From NCBI GenBank assembly GCA_002104905.1, contig MCFE01000013.1:196742-260741 (forward strand): a stretch of 64,000 nucleotides of DNA, read 5' to 3'. Of the stretch, positions 46,516 through 59,300 are shown in pieces. The stretch's first letter is position 1; each line of letters opens with the position of its first letter. The notes under the pieces are model-generated. The model saw only the letters and a list, made by a program, of their open reading frames with translations, had not been told where the DNA came from and ran no database searches. The DNA comes from Basidiobolus meristosporus CBS 931.73 (taxonomy: Eukaryota; Fungi; Basidiobolomycota). The translations under genes were made by a program, and so were the position numbers.

Positions 46516-49314
46516 GAAGCCTAATAACCAAATGACATTAAAGATTTGTGAAGCTGTTGAGTGCAATGATGAAGAGTGGGTTAATATTCAAGTGGCAGTT
46601 AGAAGCCTAGTACACCAGCACTTCAAGACCAGTATACCATGAGGCCATTGGGAACTCAAGGCCAAGCAAAATACACATGACTTGCTCCATGATCATTATC
46701 CTGTACTCAAACAAGCAAATGGATTTTAGGCCACCATTGGTATGCTAAGATAGTATCTCAAGAATAGCAGAAACTATCAAAGGCAGAAGAACAAGGGTAC
46801 AATGGATAAAAACCAGTGGCTTCCTCATAAGCCCATTGCAAGGAGGGCCCTCTAAACAAGTGTCAAAGAGACACCAGGTAGCTGGAAGAGTGCCAATAAG
46901 GGAAAAGCAGGCAGACATGGATGCACCCGCACATCATTTACCAAGGAAAATGCATAGTTCTATTCAAGAAGCACTCAGTCACAGTAGCAGTGAAGGACCT
47001 GGCAGTGATAAAAGCAAGTGGCTACCTCAGGAGCCCATCACAGCATGGGCTGAGAGCTTGAAACAAGCAGGAAAGTAGTATTAGGTTTCCTGCAAGGTGC
47101 CAGCAAGAGACAAGCTGGTCAAACCAGATGCATTGGAGCACTATTTATCAAGGAGAAAATGTAGTTCACTGTAAGCAGCACTCAAACAAAGCAGCAGTGA
47201 AATACCTTGCAACAATAAAGGAAATGATAAAAGATAAAAGTCTATAAAGCCAGAGGCAGGTAAGCATAACAAAAAAGCTGCACTTCTCATCAGTTTATGC
47301 CTTAAGCCTGGAGCTGGCTGAATCCCATCATAGCCAAGAAGAATTACCAACAAGAGCACATCTGTTTTCACAAGAGTTGGAAGCACAACTAGTTGAGCTA
47401 CACTCCAGTGAGGTAGATGAGTTTGCAGTAAAAGGCATTATGTCTACCACAGCCTCCATGTCCTCCATTTTAGACAGAGTGGAGATCCTACTGAAAGACA
47501 AAGTAGCAATGTCAAGAGCTCAAAAGGTTATCACAATGCCTTCAGTGAAATTTTGGATCATTAATAGGCACACCAAGAGGTGGTTGTGCCTCTTTAAACG
47601 CAGTGCTCAAGAAAGCTCCCTTGAATATTGCAAGGACTTATTGCAAAGACTGGTAGATGAGATATTAGACCTTGCAGTGCTGGTTAAAGTCCAGGAGGAT
47701 GTGGTGGTGTATAAGTCCAAGGGAGAAATATGTCAAACACTTTTCAAGTATTTTGTGTGTGGGGTGTTCACTGGGCACAATAACCTCTGGCAAAAGCTTG
47801 CTAGGAATACTTGGGTTTGGACTCTAATTTAATGCGATGTGGAATAAAGCCATAAGCTTGTCAAGGAAAACTGTTGAGCTACAGTCCCAAATTAGTTGGC
47901 ATCTTAACAAAGTATGTGCTGGGTTCAGCATTCTTTGAGTTGACATTGTACTAAAGCTTCCAAAGTCAAAACAACTGTAAACTTCACCAGCAGGGACTTG
48001 ATAAGAATGCAGATGTGTTCAATAGTTATAAAGACACAAAAGTATCTTTGCCTGTACAAGAACAAACTTGGGAAAGAATCAAATACAATAAAAGATACCT
48101 ACTCTGAGTATCCCTCACTGGTAGTGCCTCCAAGGTCAGTTGGCTGTCAGCATAGTTTCTTGGGAGTGTCCTGTGGTCTGGGACTGGAAGCTTCGGTAGC
48201 AGCAGATAGCAGTGATTACATTAATCAACAAGTTGGTATATTGATAAAAGGAGTGATGATTTATTGTGGAGAGATTGCTTCACTTACAAACTTTTCTCAC
48301 TGGCAAAGTGATCACTAATCATGGTGATCCAGAAGGTTCCAGAGGTCAAATAGAAACTTCAATGACATCAGAATGAGCTAAGAATGTTCTGAGTAAGTGC
48401 TGGAAGGTCCTAAGAGGTGTAGCACACCCAAGCAATCAGGAATCAGTATTTTGCAACCTGTGTGACCTAGTGTTACCATATATGGTATGAAAGTGGTAGG
48501 GATGGTGACACTGTTTGGTCATGTGCTATAGATACTGACTCAGGTACCTGCCTAATATAGATGCACTTATATGAAGTGATCTTACATAAAGTGAGGGAGA
48601 ACTTATGCAATAAGGTAAGCAGGTTTGATAGTCAGCCAGCCTATGAAATAGTACTGATTGAGTAAGACAAATGGGATAAAACCAATATAAGGGTAGCAGA
48701 AAAATAGGGAAGTACAAAATAGGGGAATGAGCACATCTATAAATGGGTGTCACTGTGACCCCACTACAATGTATGGAAACCAGTGAATGAACAGTGGCAT
48801 AAAGCTGTAAGGTTCCCTGTAAAGTCATGGAAACATAGTGTTACAGCAGAAATACTTACTGAGTGGTGGATCTTAATGGAGTAACTTGTTGAGTGTGGGG
48901 TTGGTCTCAATGTTAGTGCAGGGTGTAGGGACTTTATAGGTCAATTCTATTGGCAATTGAGTCACATATGAAGCTGCAACAGAAATAAATCAAATGTAAG
49001 CATGAAAAGTAACAGAAACAGTTGAGTCAGGAAGTAATGAGTGTGAAAAAGTGCCAATACCAACCAATGTACACAAATATAGGAGGTGATTAAGTGTCCA
49101 GGATCAGAAAGTGAGAGAACTGGCAGAAAACCAATCAAAAGACACTGCTGTATCATTGTATGAAAAATTTTATCAAGTAATTTGTGGAATCTGGGGTGTT
49201 ATTACTTTTTGACAGTCTTAGCAAGGTCTCCTGATGGAACAATACCTTGTAGTCATGGGACCTTAAATTTGTGAAGGCCTTTTAACAAAATCATCACAAT
49301 TATTTCTCATAGTG
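46516..49314 (+). mobile_element. CACTA ORF-A 3' two-thirds to terminus, containing a solo LTR-A
   Basis: Collinear with 44455-46195. The terminus reads CACTATGAGAAATAATTG on minus. Confidence 0.85.
47700..48768 (-). repeat. Solo LTR-A
   Basis: TGTGGTGGTG...CCCCACTACA. Host ORF-A is collinear across it. No clean TSD. Confidence 0.9.
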
Positions 49315-49589
49315 ATTGTAAAGTTGGCATTCTCTGCAAAACTTGACAAATTCTTGGCAGTCAGCCTTAATATTTGGCTATTGATATCCTTCAGAGTGTT
49401 TCTTCTTCAGAAGTGTGTCAGTTCCAAAGTGGCCAAGTAATTGACTATATACACTCAGAGGTGGGATAAGATAGACCATAACTAGGATTAGTTATTCTTG
49501 GGTTAGGGAAAATCCAATTAGGGTACTAGATCCTCTAACATATCAAAATTGGCCAAGTATTTGCATGTTGAGGCACAGCAATCACAAGG

Positions 49590-50221
49590 CAATGATCACT
49601 AAATTTTGATATCAGTGATATCAAGGTTGTCTCACTTTGAGACAGAACCCCTATAAATAAACACCTTACTTACTCATGCCTCATCTGTAACACCTATTTT
49701 TATTTGCAATTGGTTGTGTGATAGATATAACACCTTGTCCAATCACTAAAGTCAGGGATTTACTTGCTCAGTAGCCAAAATAGCATGTTTGAAGACAAAT
49801 CAGGAGCCTGTGTATTGGTCAATGAACCTACTGGGGTCTCACAGCTTCAGGATACTTTTAGATCAATCACTGACATTCCATCCAATTGGGGCAATGGTAA
49901 CCAATGGTAAGTGTGAGTGTGTTATATAGTGTGATATGAATTTATTTTCATTTACATTGAAGGGATATATCCAAATATTAGATTTTACCTACCATGATAG
50001 AGATATCCATTGTGCATGCAATGCAAACATTACAAGATGGCACAATCATCTGTGCCAACCTCATCGCATCAGATTGTGCCATAGTGTGCAAGATTGTCCC
50101 ACATAATTCAAAATTGTCCAAGATCAATCCTGCCCACTGGTAGCTACAGCCTTACACCTGATTGTTCTTAATCACTGCAGATTGTTCTGCATGCCCTATC
50201 ATGTTACAATGTAAAAAGTCT
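49590..50221 (+). mobile_element. Harbinger-like right end
   Basis: Collinear with 42030-42690. Ends AAAAAGTCT|ACT. Confidence 0.8.
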
Positions 50222-50893
50222 ACTTCATCCTGCCTGAGGATATATTTTGCATAGGTACACACAAACTTGAGAGAATTAGATCCAATTTATCTTGATTTTG
50301 ATCTATGCAGAGCACCTGAACAGTTGTCTGGCTTGTTTCCCATATACATTGGCTTCACATTTCTCAAAATTCCCTGGGTTATCAATATGTACTCCAGAAA
50401 CTAGCTTATCCTTAATCTCTTTGTCCATAATATCAAAACTAATATGTGGAAATCCTCTGCACCAAAGCATTGGTGTTTCTTCAATTGAGTTACCTATATT
50501 GGCTTCCAGATTTTATGGGATATTAATCAACTGGTATAAATTCTGATTGCTAATACACAAAGCATTTTGGGCACTGTTTGTTGTAAAAATTTGTAATTCC
50601 GCATAAATACTCACCTAACTTGGTCACTTGGATCATTATCTTCAAACCCTACAGAATACTGACCAAATTTCTTGTTGGGATTTACTGGAATATTTTCACC
50701 TAAGTATTAGGAACTCAGAATATGAAAATTGATAAGTTGTCCAAGTAGCCCCAAACCTTGCATACATAGTCTTGGGACCTACCTAGACCTTTCTACCTGC
50801 TTATTATACCAGGACCATATAGCCTAATAAATGCTACTTTAACATTTAATTTATCATTAAGTGAAAACCACATAATCTACCCATTCTCCAAAT
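50222..50893. mobile_element. Old copia pre-integrase fragment (minus, 50222-50578) plus truncated copia LTR (plus, 50579-50893)
   Basis: Reverse complement of the ENLYKL..YLEANI..EETPMLW and LGGMKY regions. The LTR starts TGTTGTAAAAATTTG. Confidence 0.8.
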
Positions 50894-53800
50894 TGTTGTA
50901 AAAGTGAATAATGACACTTGAGTATTCTCCTAACTTGGTCACTTAGATCATTACCTCCTAACCCTGGAGAATACTGACCAAAATCCTTGTTGGGATTTAT
51001 TTGGAATATTCTCACCAAGATATCAGCTACCCAGAGCATGAAAATTAGATAAGTTGCTCAAACAGCCCCAAACTTTGCACACATGTTCTTTGGACCTTTC
51101 TAAACCAACTATACATGCTTGTTATGCCAAGACCATGTAAAAGTACAAATGCTACTTCAACAGTTAATAAATCATTATGTGACATCTACATAATCTACTT
51201 GTTCTCCCAATAACTTCCAATATCTCCAAGACTCTGCCAACAGTTTAGGTGTTACAAGTCTTGGTATAAGAGTTGTAGAGGAATAGGGAGTTTAGCTAGT
51301 ATTGTATTTACTAAAACTTGAACTGATTTTTATTGAGGTTCCAGCAGCTCCTTATATACATTTTGCCAGATCAATTGCTGACTAATTGTATTTCCTAATG
51401 TAGGTTGTGGCTGATGACTCATTTGATTGCATCATCATCACCCAATAAGATCCTACTTAATATATCTATTTCTGTCTGATAAGGATCTGCTGATTCATTT
51501 GCTGACTAATGCTACTGATTTCATAGATAATACTGATATACTGATAACCTAAACATATACTAATTGATTTGACTAAAAACTGATCTAACTTAAACATTCA
51601 AGCGGCAGATCATAACATAGGAGCCCCAAGCTGTCACTCACTGCAATGTCTACTACTGCTACTACTGACATTTTTCCCTCTGCTGAAAAATTGAATGGAT
51701 CTAACTACCAAGTGTGCAAGATCAAGATGAAGATGCTGCTACAAGAGAGAGGCCTTTGGGATATTGTCATGAGAGACAAATACCCTCCTCAAAGTGTGGG
51801 AGAGGAATCCTCAAGGCACCAGAAGAAAGAACAAAGTGCCTTTGATTGCATTTGCCTTAATACTATAGAGAAATAGCTAATAAAGTGCTCAAGAGCAAAA
51901 TGGCAAAGAATGCCTGCAAGGCATTAGATGATACCTACCAGTCATGTTCAGCTGCCAAGAAAATGTATCTTAGTCAAAAATTCTTTACTACAAAGATGCA
52001 ACCAGTAGAAGAAATGAAAATTCTAGCTAATAGATTTACCCTGCTGGTAGATGAGATGGAATCTGTGGGCATACCAGCAACTGATGAGGATGTGATAGTA
52101 ACCATCCTGAATAGCCTGGCAGATGAGCCTCAGGGCCATGTATCAGCCCTAGAGTCTAGAATTAAAGATTTGACCTTAAATTACATATATGGAAGGCTCC
52201 TGGATGAAGAATCAAGAAAATCAAGCACCAATAAGAAGGAAGAAGAAAATGCTTTAATAAGCAATGATAACCAACAAAGGAGGTACCCAAGACCTTACAA
52301 AGGAAGCAGCAACCTGTTTTGCAACTACTGCATAAGGAAAGGTCACACATCAGACTGGTGTCTCAAAAAGACAGATAATCAGCAAAAAAAGCCTGAATAT
52401 GGAAATGCTGCAATAACTGAAAACAGACTATTCATATCTGCACTAAGTATGACCACAAACAAGGATTCTCAGACATGGTATACTGACTCTTGAGCATCTC
52501 AACACTTTACACACCAAAAAGAACTTTTTACCCAATATCAAGAAATTCTAGTCAAGAAGGCTTCCATGGGTGATAATAGAACACTTGGTACAGTGGGAGA
52601 AGGAACTATCCAAGTAAACCTTAGAAGCAGTGAAGGAGGCCATGCAATGACCTTTAAAGAAGTATCCTATACACCAGAAATAGCCAGGAGCCTACTTTCT
52701 GTAAGCAAGGCCACAACAGAAGGACTCAGTATCAACTTTGACAATTCTGGATGCAGGATTACTGATCAAAATGGTGCTCATATTGCTTTGGGTTTCAGAG
52801 ATGAGAATCTGTATAAGTTGAATTATATTTATACATATCTGGAAGCCAGTATAAGTAACTTGAATGAAGAAGCACCAATGCTCTAGCACAGGAAATTTGG
52901 ACACATCAATGTGATTATTTGCACAAAACAATCAAAGATCAGCCAATTTCTGGAGTAAAAATTGATCATCCAGCTAATTTGGAGCACTGTGAGGCCTGCA
53001 TACTTAGATAACAAGCCAGACAACCACTCAAGAGCTCTGTATTAATCAATACTAAGAAAAAGTTATATCTAATTCACTCAGATCTGTGTTGACCTATACA
53101 AGATTGATCCTTAGGCAGGATGAAGTACTAATCACATTTATTGATGATTATGCAAGATGCACATGGGTCTAATACATGGAGAGAAAGAAAGAAGCTCTGT
53201 CTAAGCTCAGGGACTTTGAATTCATGGTGGAGGGAGAAACTGGTGAAAAAATCTAGAAAATACACTCTGACAATGGTGGAGAATATACATCAAAACTCCT
53301 CATCCACTTCTGCAAAATTAATGGGATGAAGCAAGAGACTACTGTACCATACTCCCCACAGCAAAATGGGGTAGCAAAACATGCAAACAGATCAGTAATT
53401 GTTATGGCAAGATCTATGATCCATGATCAAAAATTATCTTATGATTTTTGGGCGGAATCAGTTTCCACATCTGTATGCCTTAAAAATAGGATTTATAACA
53501 GAATACGTTGTGATTCTACTCCATTTGAAGCATGATATGGATACATACCAAGTGCAGAACGTTAAGAATATTTAGGTGTACAGCATATGCCAAGAAACAG
53601 CCCAGAAATCTGTCAAAACGTGAGCCAAAAAGCGTAAAATGCACATTTTTGGGCTATTGCAATGAGAGTAAAGCATACAGACTCTACAATACCAAAGCAA
53701 AGAAGCTTATCAAGTCCAGGAATGTGTTGCTTGATGAAAACTCAAATTTTTCACAAAAAATGACATCAGATGATGACAAAAATCTGATCTCAAGTCCACC

Positions 53801-55898
53801 AATTGTCAGGATTGAGTCAGAGCAAAGCAATGAAAGTTTTTTACTCCAGAGAGCTCTGCAACCATGGTTCAGCCTGAAGCAGTGACCAGGAATGCCCGGA
53901 GATCCAATTGTACAAGAAGTAGTCTAAACTACTATATCAATGAGGATACAAACTTAGCCTATGCTTATTCAGTCCATATTAACAAGCCCTAGACTGTGAA
54001 AGAGGTCCTAGATAGCCATCAGATGAAGTCTTTGATATCTACAATGACTGAGGAATATCAGGCCCTGAGGGAAAATCAAACTTGGGACTTTGTCAAATTA
54101 CCAATTGACCAAAAATCAATTGGATGCAGAAGGGTCTTTGAGACCAAATACAAGGCTGATGGTACAATTGAAAGATACAAAGCAAGACTTGTGGCCAAAG
54201 GATACTCTCAAACAAAAGGACTTGACTATACTGAGACCTCTGCACTGGGAGCCAAGTTTAATTCCATCAGATTAATATTGGCTATTGCAGCCAAATATAA
54301 GTTTTTCATTCATCAAATGGATGTAAAAGCTGCATTTTTGAGTGAAGAACTTGATGAGGATGTGTTTATGGAGCAGCTTGATGGGTTTGCTGACCAAGAT
54401 AACCCCCATTTGGTCTGCAAGCTTAAAAAGTCTCTGTATGATCTCAGACAATCACCAAGAGCCTAGAATTGCAAGATAGATTCTTATTTGGAATCCTTAA
54501 GTTTCAAAAGGAGTAATGCTGACTACAGTATATACTATAAGTCAGATAGAGCAAATCCAGTTCTATTAGCTCTATATGTGGATGATCTTATTATAGCTGC
54601 CAATAACCTAGTAACATCGGAAGAGACTAAATCCAGCCTATCTAAGGAGCTCAAAATGTCCAATCTAGGAGAACTCAGTTACTATTTAGTGATTAAGTTC
54701 TTTATAGACAGAAATACCCAGACTATCACCCTAAGCCAATCCAAGTATATTCATGATATACTAAAGAAGTACTAACTGGAAGACTGTAAATTGGCAGCTA
54801 CCCCAATGTAGACAAGCCTTAACTTGGTCAAAACTCAACCAAATCAAGAGAGCTTGGTGCCATCTGAAAGCCCTGACTTTCCTTATCAATCTATGGTTGG
54901 CAGTCTGATGTATATCAGGCTTGGAACACACCCAGATATCTCATATTCAGTGGGAGCTGTCAGCCAACATAATCAGAACTATGGATCTGATCATATTTCA
55001 GCAGTTAAGCAGGTTTTTAGATACCTAAAAGAAACTGCTGATATCTGCTTAAGATACACTTATAAGGATTCAGAACAGGATCCTATGGGATACTCTGATG
55101 CTGATTGGGGACAAAATTTGGAAGTCAGAAGATCCACCACAGGATACACCTTTCTTTACTGTAAAGGAGCAATTTCATGGAATTCAAGAAAGCAACCAAC
55201 CATAGCACTTTCTACTACAGAGGCAGAGTATGTGGCAGCCTGTGAAGCTACAAAAGGAGCAATGTGTTTAAGAAAGCTTCTTACAGATTTAGGCCTATGT
55301 CAAAAAACACCTATTACTTTATTTCAAGATAATCAAGGATGTACACAATTAGATAGAAATCCAACTTTTCATGCTAGAACCAAGCACATAGATATTAGAC
55401 ATCATTTCATACATGAAGCTATAGAGAATAACTTAGTTAGCTTAGTTTATTGTCCTACATATGAAATGATTGCAGACATATTTACCAAATGATTAGCTAG
55501 AGACAAGTTTGAATATCTTAGGTCAAAATTAGGACTAGTCAGTATGAACATTTAACTAAGTGGGAGTATTGTAAAAATATGTAATTCCACCTAAATATTC
55601 ACCTAACTTAGTCACTTAGATTACTACCTTCAACTCCTAGAGAATACTGACCAAATTCCTTGTTGGGATTTACTTAGAATATTTACCCAGAAGATGAAAA
55701 TTTTCAAAGTTGTCCAAACAGCCCCAAACATTGCACACATGTTCTTTGGACCTTTCTAAACCTACTCTACATGTTTGTTATACCAAGACCATGTAAAAGT
55801 ATGAATACTACTGTTACATTCAATAAATCATTAAGTGAAAACCATATAATCTACTTGCCATCTCAATCACTTCCAATATCTCCAAGACTCCTACAGCA
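50894..55898 (+). mobile_element. Ty1/copia element with two LTRs (50894-51242, 55567-55898), heavily decayed gag-pol 51646-55550
   Basis: Gag, CX2CX4HX4C, PR, IN, RT (YVDD) and RH order. PPT AAGTGGGAG. PBS is split by a solo LTR-B. No TSD. Confidence 0.93.
51250..51617 (-). repeat. Solo LTR-B inserted in the copia PBS
   Basis: 368 bp, matches 33599-33965. 4-bp TSD TAGG/TAGG. Confidence 0.95.
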
Positions 55899-56374
55899 GT
55901 ATGTGTATTATAATGCCTTCCAGGCATCCTCTGTGGCTTTTGCTCTTAAGCATTGTAATAACATTTGTTTTTGATAGAGGCAAATGCAGTTAAAGGCACT
56001 CTGTTGTTTCATCTAGAACCCTGAGGCTTCCTCTGCTATGTATTTTGGAGGGCATTTGTCTCCAATGGCAATGTCCTAAAGGCCACTGTCCTGTAACAGC
56101 ATCTTCAGCTTTGCCTTCCAGACTTGGGTTTTGATCCACGCAACTTTTCAGTAGGGGGAGAAATTCCGGAAGTAGCAGTAGTAGACACTGCACAGGGTGA
56201 CAGCTTGGGGCTCATAGCCTGTTGTAAGGGTTGTGGGGATATTGGAAATGATTGGAAGTACTAGTGGATTAAGAGGTTTTCACTTGATGATTTATTGAAT
56301 GTAAAAGCAGTATTTATACTTTTACATGGTCTTGGCATAGCAAACACATAGAATAGGTTTAGGAAGGCCCCAAG
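55899..56374 (-). mobile_element. Old copia 5' end: gag start, PBS (56207-56219) and part of 5' LTR (56220-56374)
   Basis: GGCTATGAGCCCC on minus next to a diverged LTR, which is interrupted at 56375. Confidence 0.8.
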
Positions 56375-59300
56375 TGTTGTAAGAGTCTTAGAGATATTGG
56401 AAGTGTTTGGGAGAACAAGTAGATTATGTGGTTTTCACTTAATGATTTATTGAATGTAAAAGTAGTATTTATACTTTTACATGGTCTTGGCATTACAGAC
56501 ACATCAAATAGGTTAAGGAAGGTCCCAAGAACATGTGTGCAAAGTTTGGGGCTGTTTGGACAACTTTGAGAATTTTCAGGTTCTGGGTACTTGGTATTTT
56601 GGTGAAAATATTCTAAGTAAATCCCGACAAGGAATTTGGTCAGTATTCTCTAGGATTTGAAGGTGATGATCTAAGTGACTAAGTTAGGTGAGTATTTAGG
56701 TGGAATTACGAATTTTTACAACACTCCCACTTAGCTAAATGCTCATACTGACTAGTCCTAATTTTGACCTAAGATATTCAAACTTGTCTCTAGCTAATTG
56801 TTTGGTAAATATGTCTGCAATCATTTCATATGTAGGACAATAAACTAAGCTAACTAAGTTATTCTCTATAGCTTCATGTATGAAATGATGTCTAATATCT
56901 ATGTGCTTGGTTCTAGCATGAAAAGTTGGATTTCTACCTAATTGTATACATCCTTGATTGTCTTGAAATAAAGTAATAGGCGTTTTTTGACATAGGCTTA
57001 AATCTGTAAAGAGTTTTCTTAACCACATTGCTTCTTTTGTAGCTTCACAGGCTGCCACATACTCTGCCTCTGTAGTAGAAAGTGCTATGGTTGGTTGCTT
57101 TCTTGAATTCCATGAAATTGCTCCTTTACAGTAAAGAAAGGTGTATCCTGTGGTGGATCTTCTGTCTTCCAAATTTTGTCCCCAATTAGCATCAGAGTAT
57201 CCCACAAGGTCCTGTTCTGAATCCTTATAAGTGTATCTTAAGCAGATATCAGCAGTTCCTTTTAGGCATCTAAAAATTTGCTTAACTGCTGCAATATGAT
57301 CAGATCAATAGTTCTGATTATGTTGGCTGACAACCCCCACTGAATATAAGATATCTGGACGTGTTCCAAGCATGATATACATCAGACTGCCGACCATAGA
57401 TTGATAAGGAAAGTCAGGGCTTTCAGATGGCACCAAGCTCTCTTGATTTGGTTGAGTTTTGGCCAGGTTAAGGTTTGTCTTCATTGGGGTAGCTGCCAGT
57501 TTACAGTCTTCCATTTTGTACTTCTTTAGTATATCTTGAATATACTTGGATTGGCTTAGGGTAATAGTCTGGGTACTTCTGTCTATGGAGAACTTAATCC
57601 CTAAGTAGTAACTAAGTTCTCCTAAATCAGACATCTTGAACTCCTTAGATAGGCTGGATTTAGTCTCTTCCAATGTTTCTAGGTTATTGGTGGCTATAAT
57701 AAGATCATCCACATATAGAGCTAATAGAACTGGATTTGTTCTATCTGGCTTATAGTATATACTATAGTCAGCATTACCTCTTTTGAAACTCAAGGATTCC
57801 AAATAAGAATCTATCTTGCAATTGCAGGCTCTCGGTGATAGTTTGAGACCATATAGTGACTTTTTAAGCTTGCAGACCAAATGGGGGCTATCTTGGTCAA
57901 CAAACCCATCAGGCTGGTCCATATACACGTCCTCATCAAGTTCTCCATTCAAAAATGCAGTTTTTACATCCATTTGATGAATGAAAAACTTATATTTGGC
58001 TGCAATAGCCAATATTAATCTGATGGAATTAAACTTGGCTACCGGTGCAAAGGTCTCAGTATAGTCAAGTCCTTTTGTTTGAGCGTATCCTTTGCCTACA
58101 AGTCTTGCTTTGTATCTTTCAATTGTACCATCAGCCTTGTATTTTGTCTTTAAGACCCATCTGCATCCAATTGATTTTTGGTTGATTGGTAATTGGACTA
58201 AGTCCCAAGTTTGGTTTTCCATCAGTGCCTGATATTCCTCAGTCATTGCAGATCTCCAAAACTTTGTCTGAGGGCTATTTAGGGCCTCTTTTACAGTCTG
58301 GGGTTCATCAATATGGACTGAATAAGCATAGGCTAAGTTTGTACCCTCATTGATATAGTAATTTGGGCTATTTCTTGTCCAATTTGATCTCCAGGCATTT
58401 GATACCGGAATGATCACTTCTGGGATATTCCTGGGCACTGATTCTGGCTGAACCACGGTTGTAGAGTCCTCTGGAGTGAAAATATTCTCATTGTTTTGCT
58501 CTGATTCAATCCTGACAATTGGTGGACTTGAGATCAAATTTTCATCATCATCTGATGTCATTTTTTGTGAAAATTTCAAATTTTCATCAAACAACACATC
58601 CCTGTACTTGATAAGCTTCTTTGCTTTGGTATTGTAGAGTCTGTATGCCTTACTCTCATTGCAGTAGCCCAAAAATATGCATTTTACACTTTTTGGCTCA
58701 AATTTTGACTGATTTCCGGCCAGTTTTTTGGCATATACTGTACACCCAAATATTCTTAGATGTTCTGCACTTGGTCTGTATCCATACCATGCTTCAAATG
58801 GAGTAGAATCACAAAGTATTCTGTTATAACTCCTATTTTTAAGATATACAGCAGTGGCAACTGATTCCGCCCAAAAATCATAGGATAATTTTTGATCATG
58901 GATTATAGATCTTGCCATATCAATTATTGATCTGTTAGCTCATTCTGCTACTCCATTTTGCTGTGGGGAGTATGGTGCAGTAGTCTCTTGCTTTATCCCA
59001 TGAATTTTGCAGAAGAGGATGAAGAGTTTTGAGGTATATTCTCCACCATTGTCAGAGCGTATTTTCTTGATTTTTTCACCAGTTTCTCTTTCCACCATGG
59101 CTTTGAACTCCCTGAACTTAGACAGAGCTTCTTCCTTTCTCTCCATGAAGTAGACCCATGTGTATCTTGTATGATCATCAATAAAAGTGATTAAATACTT
59201 CATCTCACCTAAGGATAAATTTTGCATAGGTCCACACAGATCTGAGTGAATTAGATCTAATTTTTTCTTAGTTTTGATTAACCCAGAGCTCTGAACGGTT

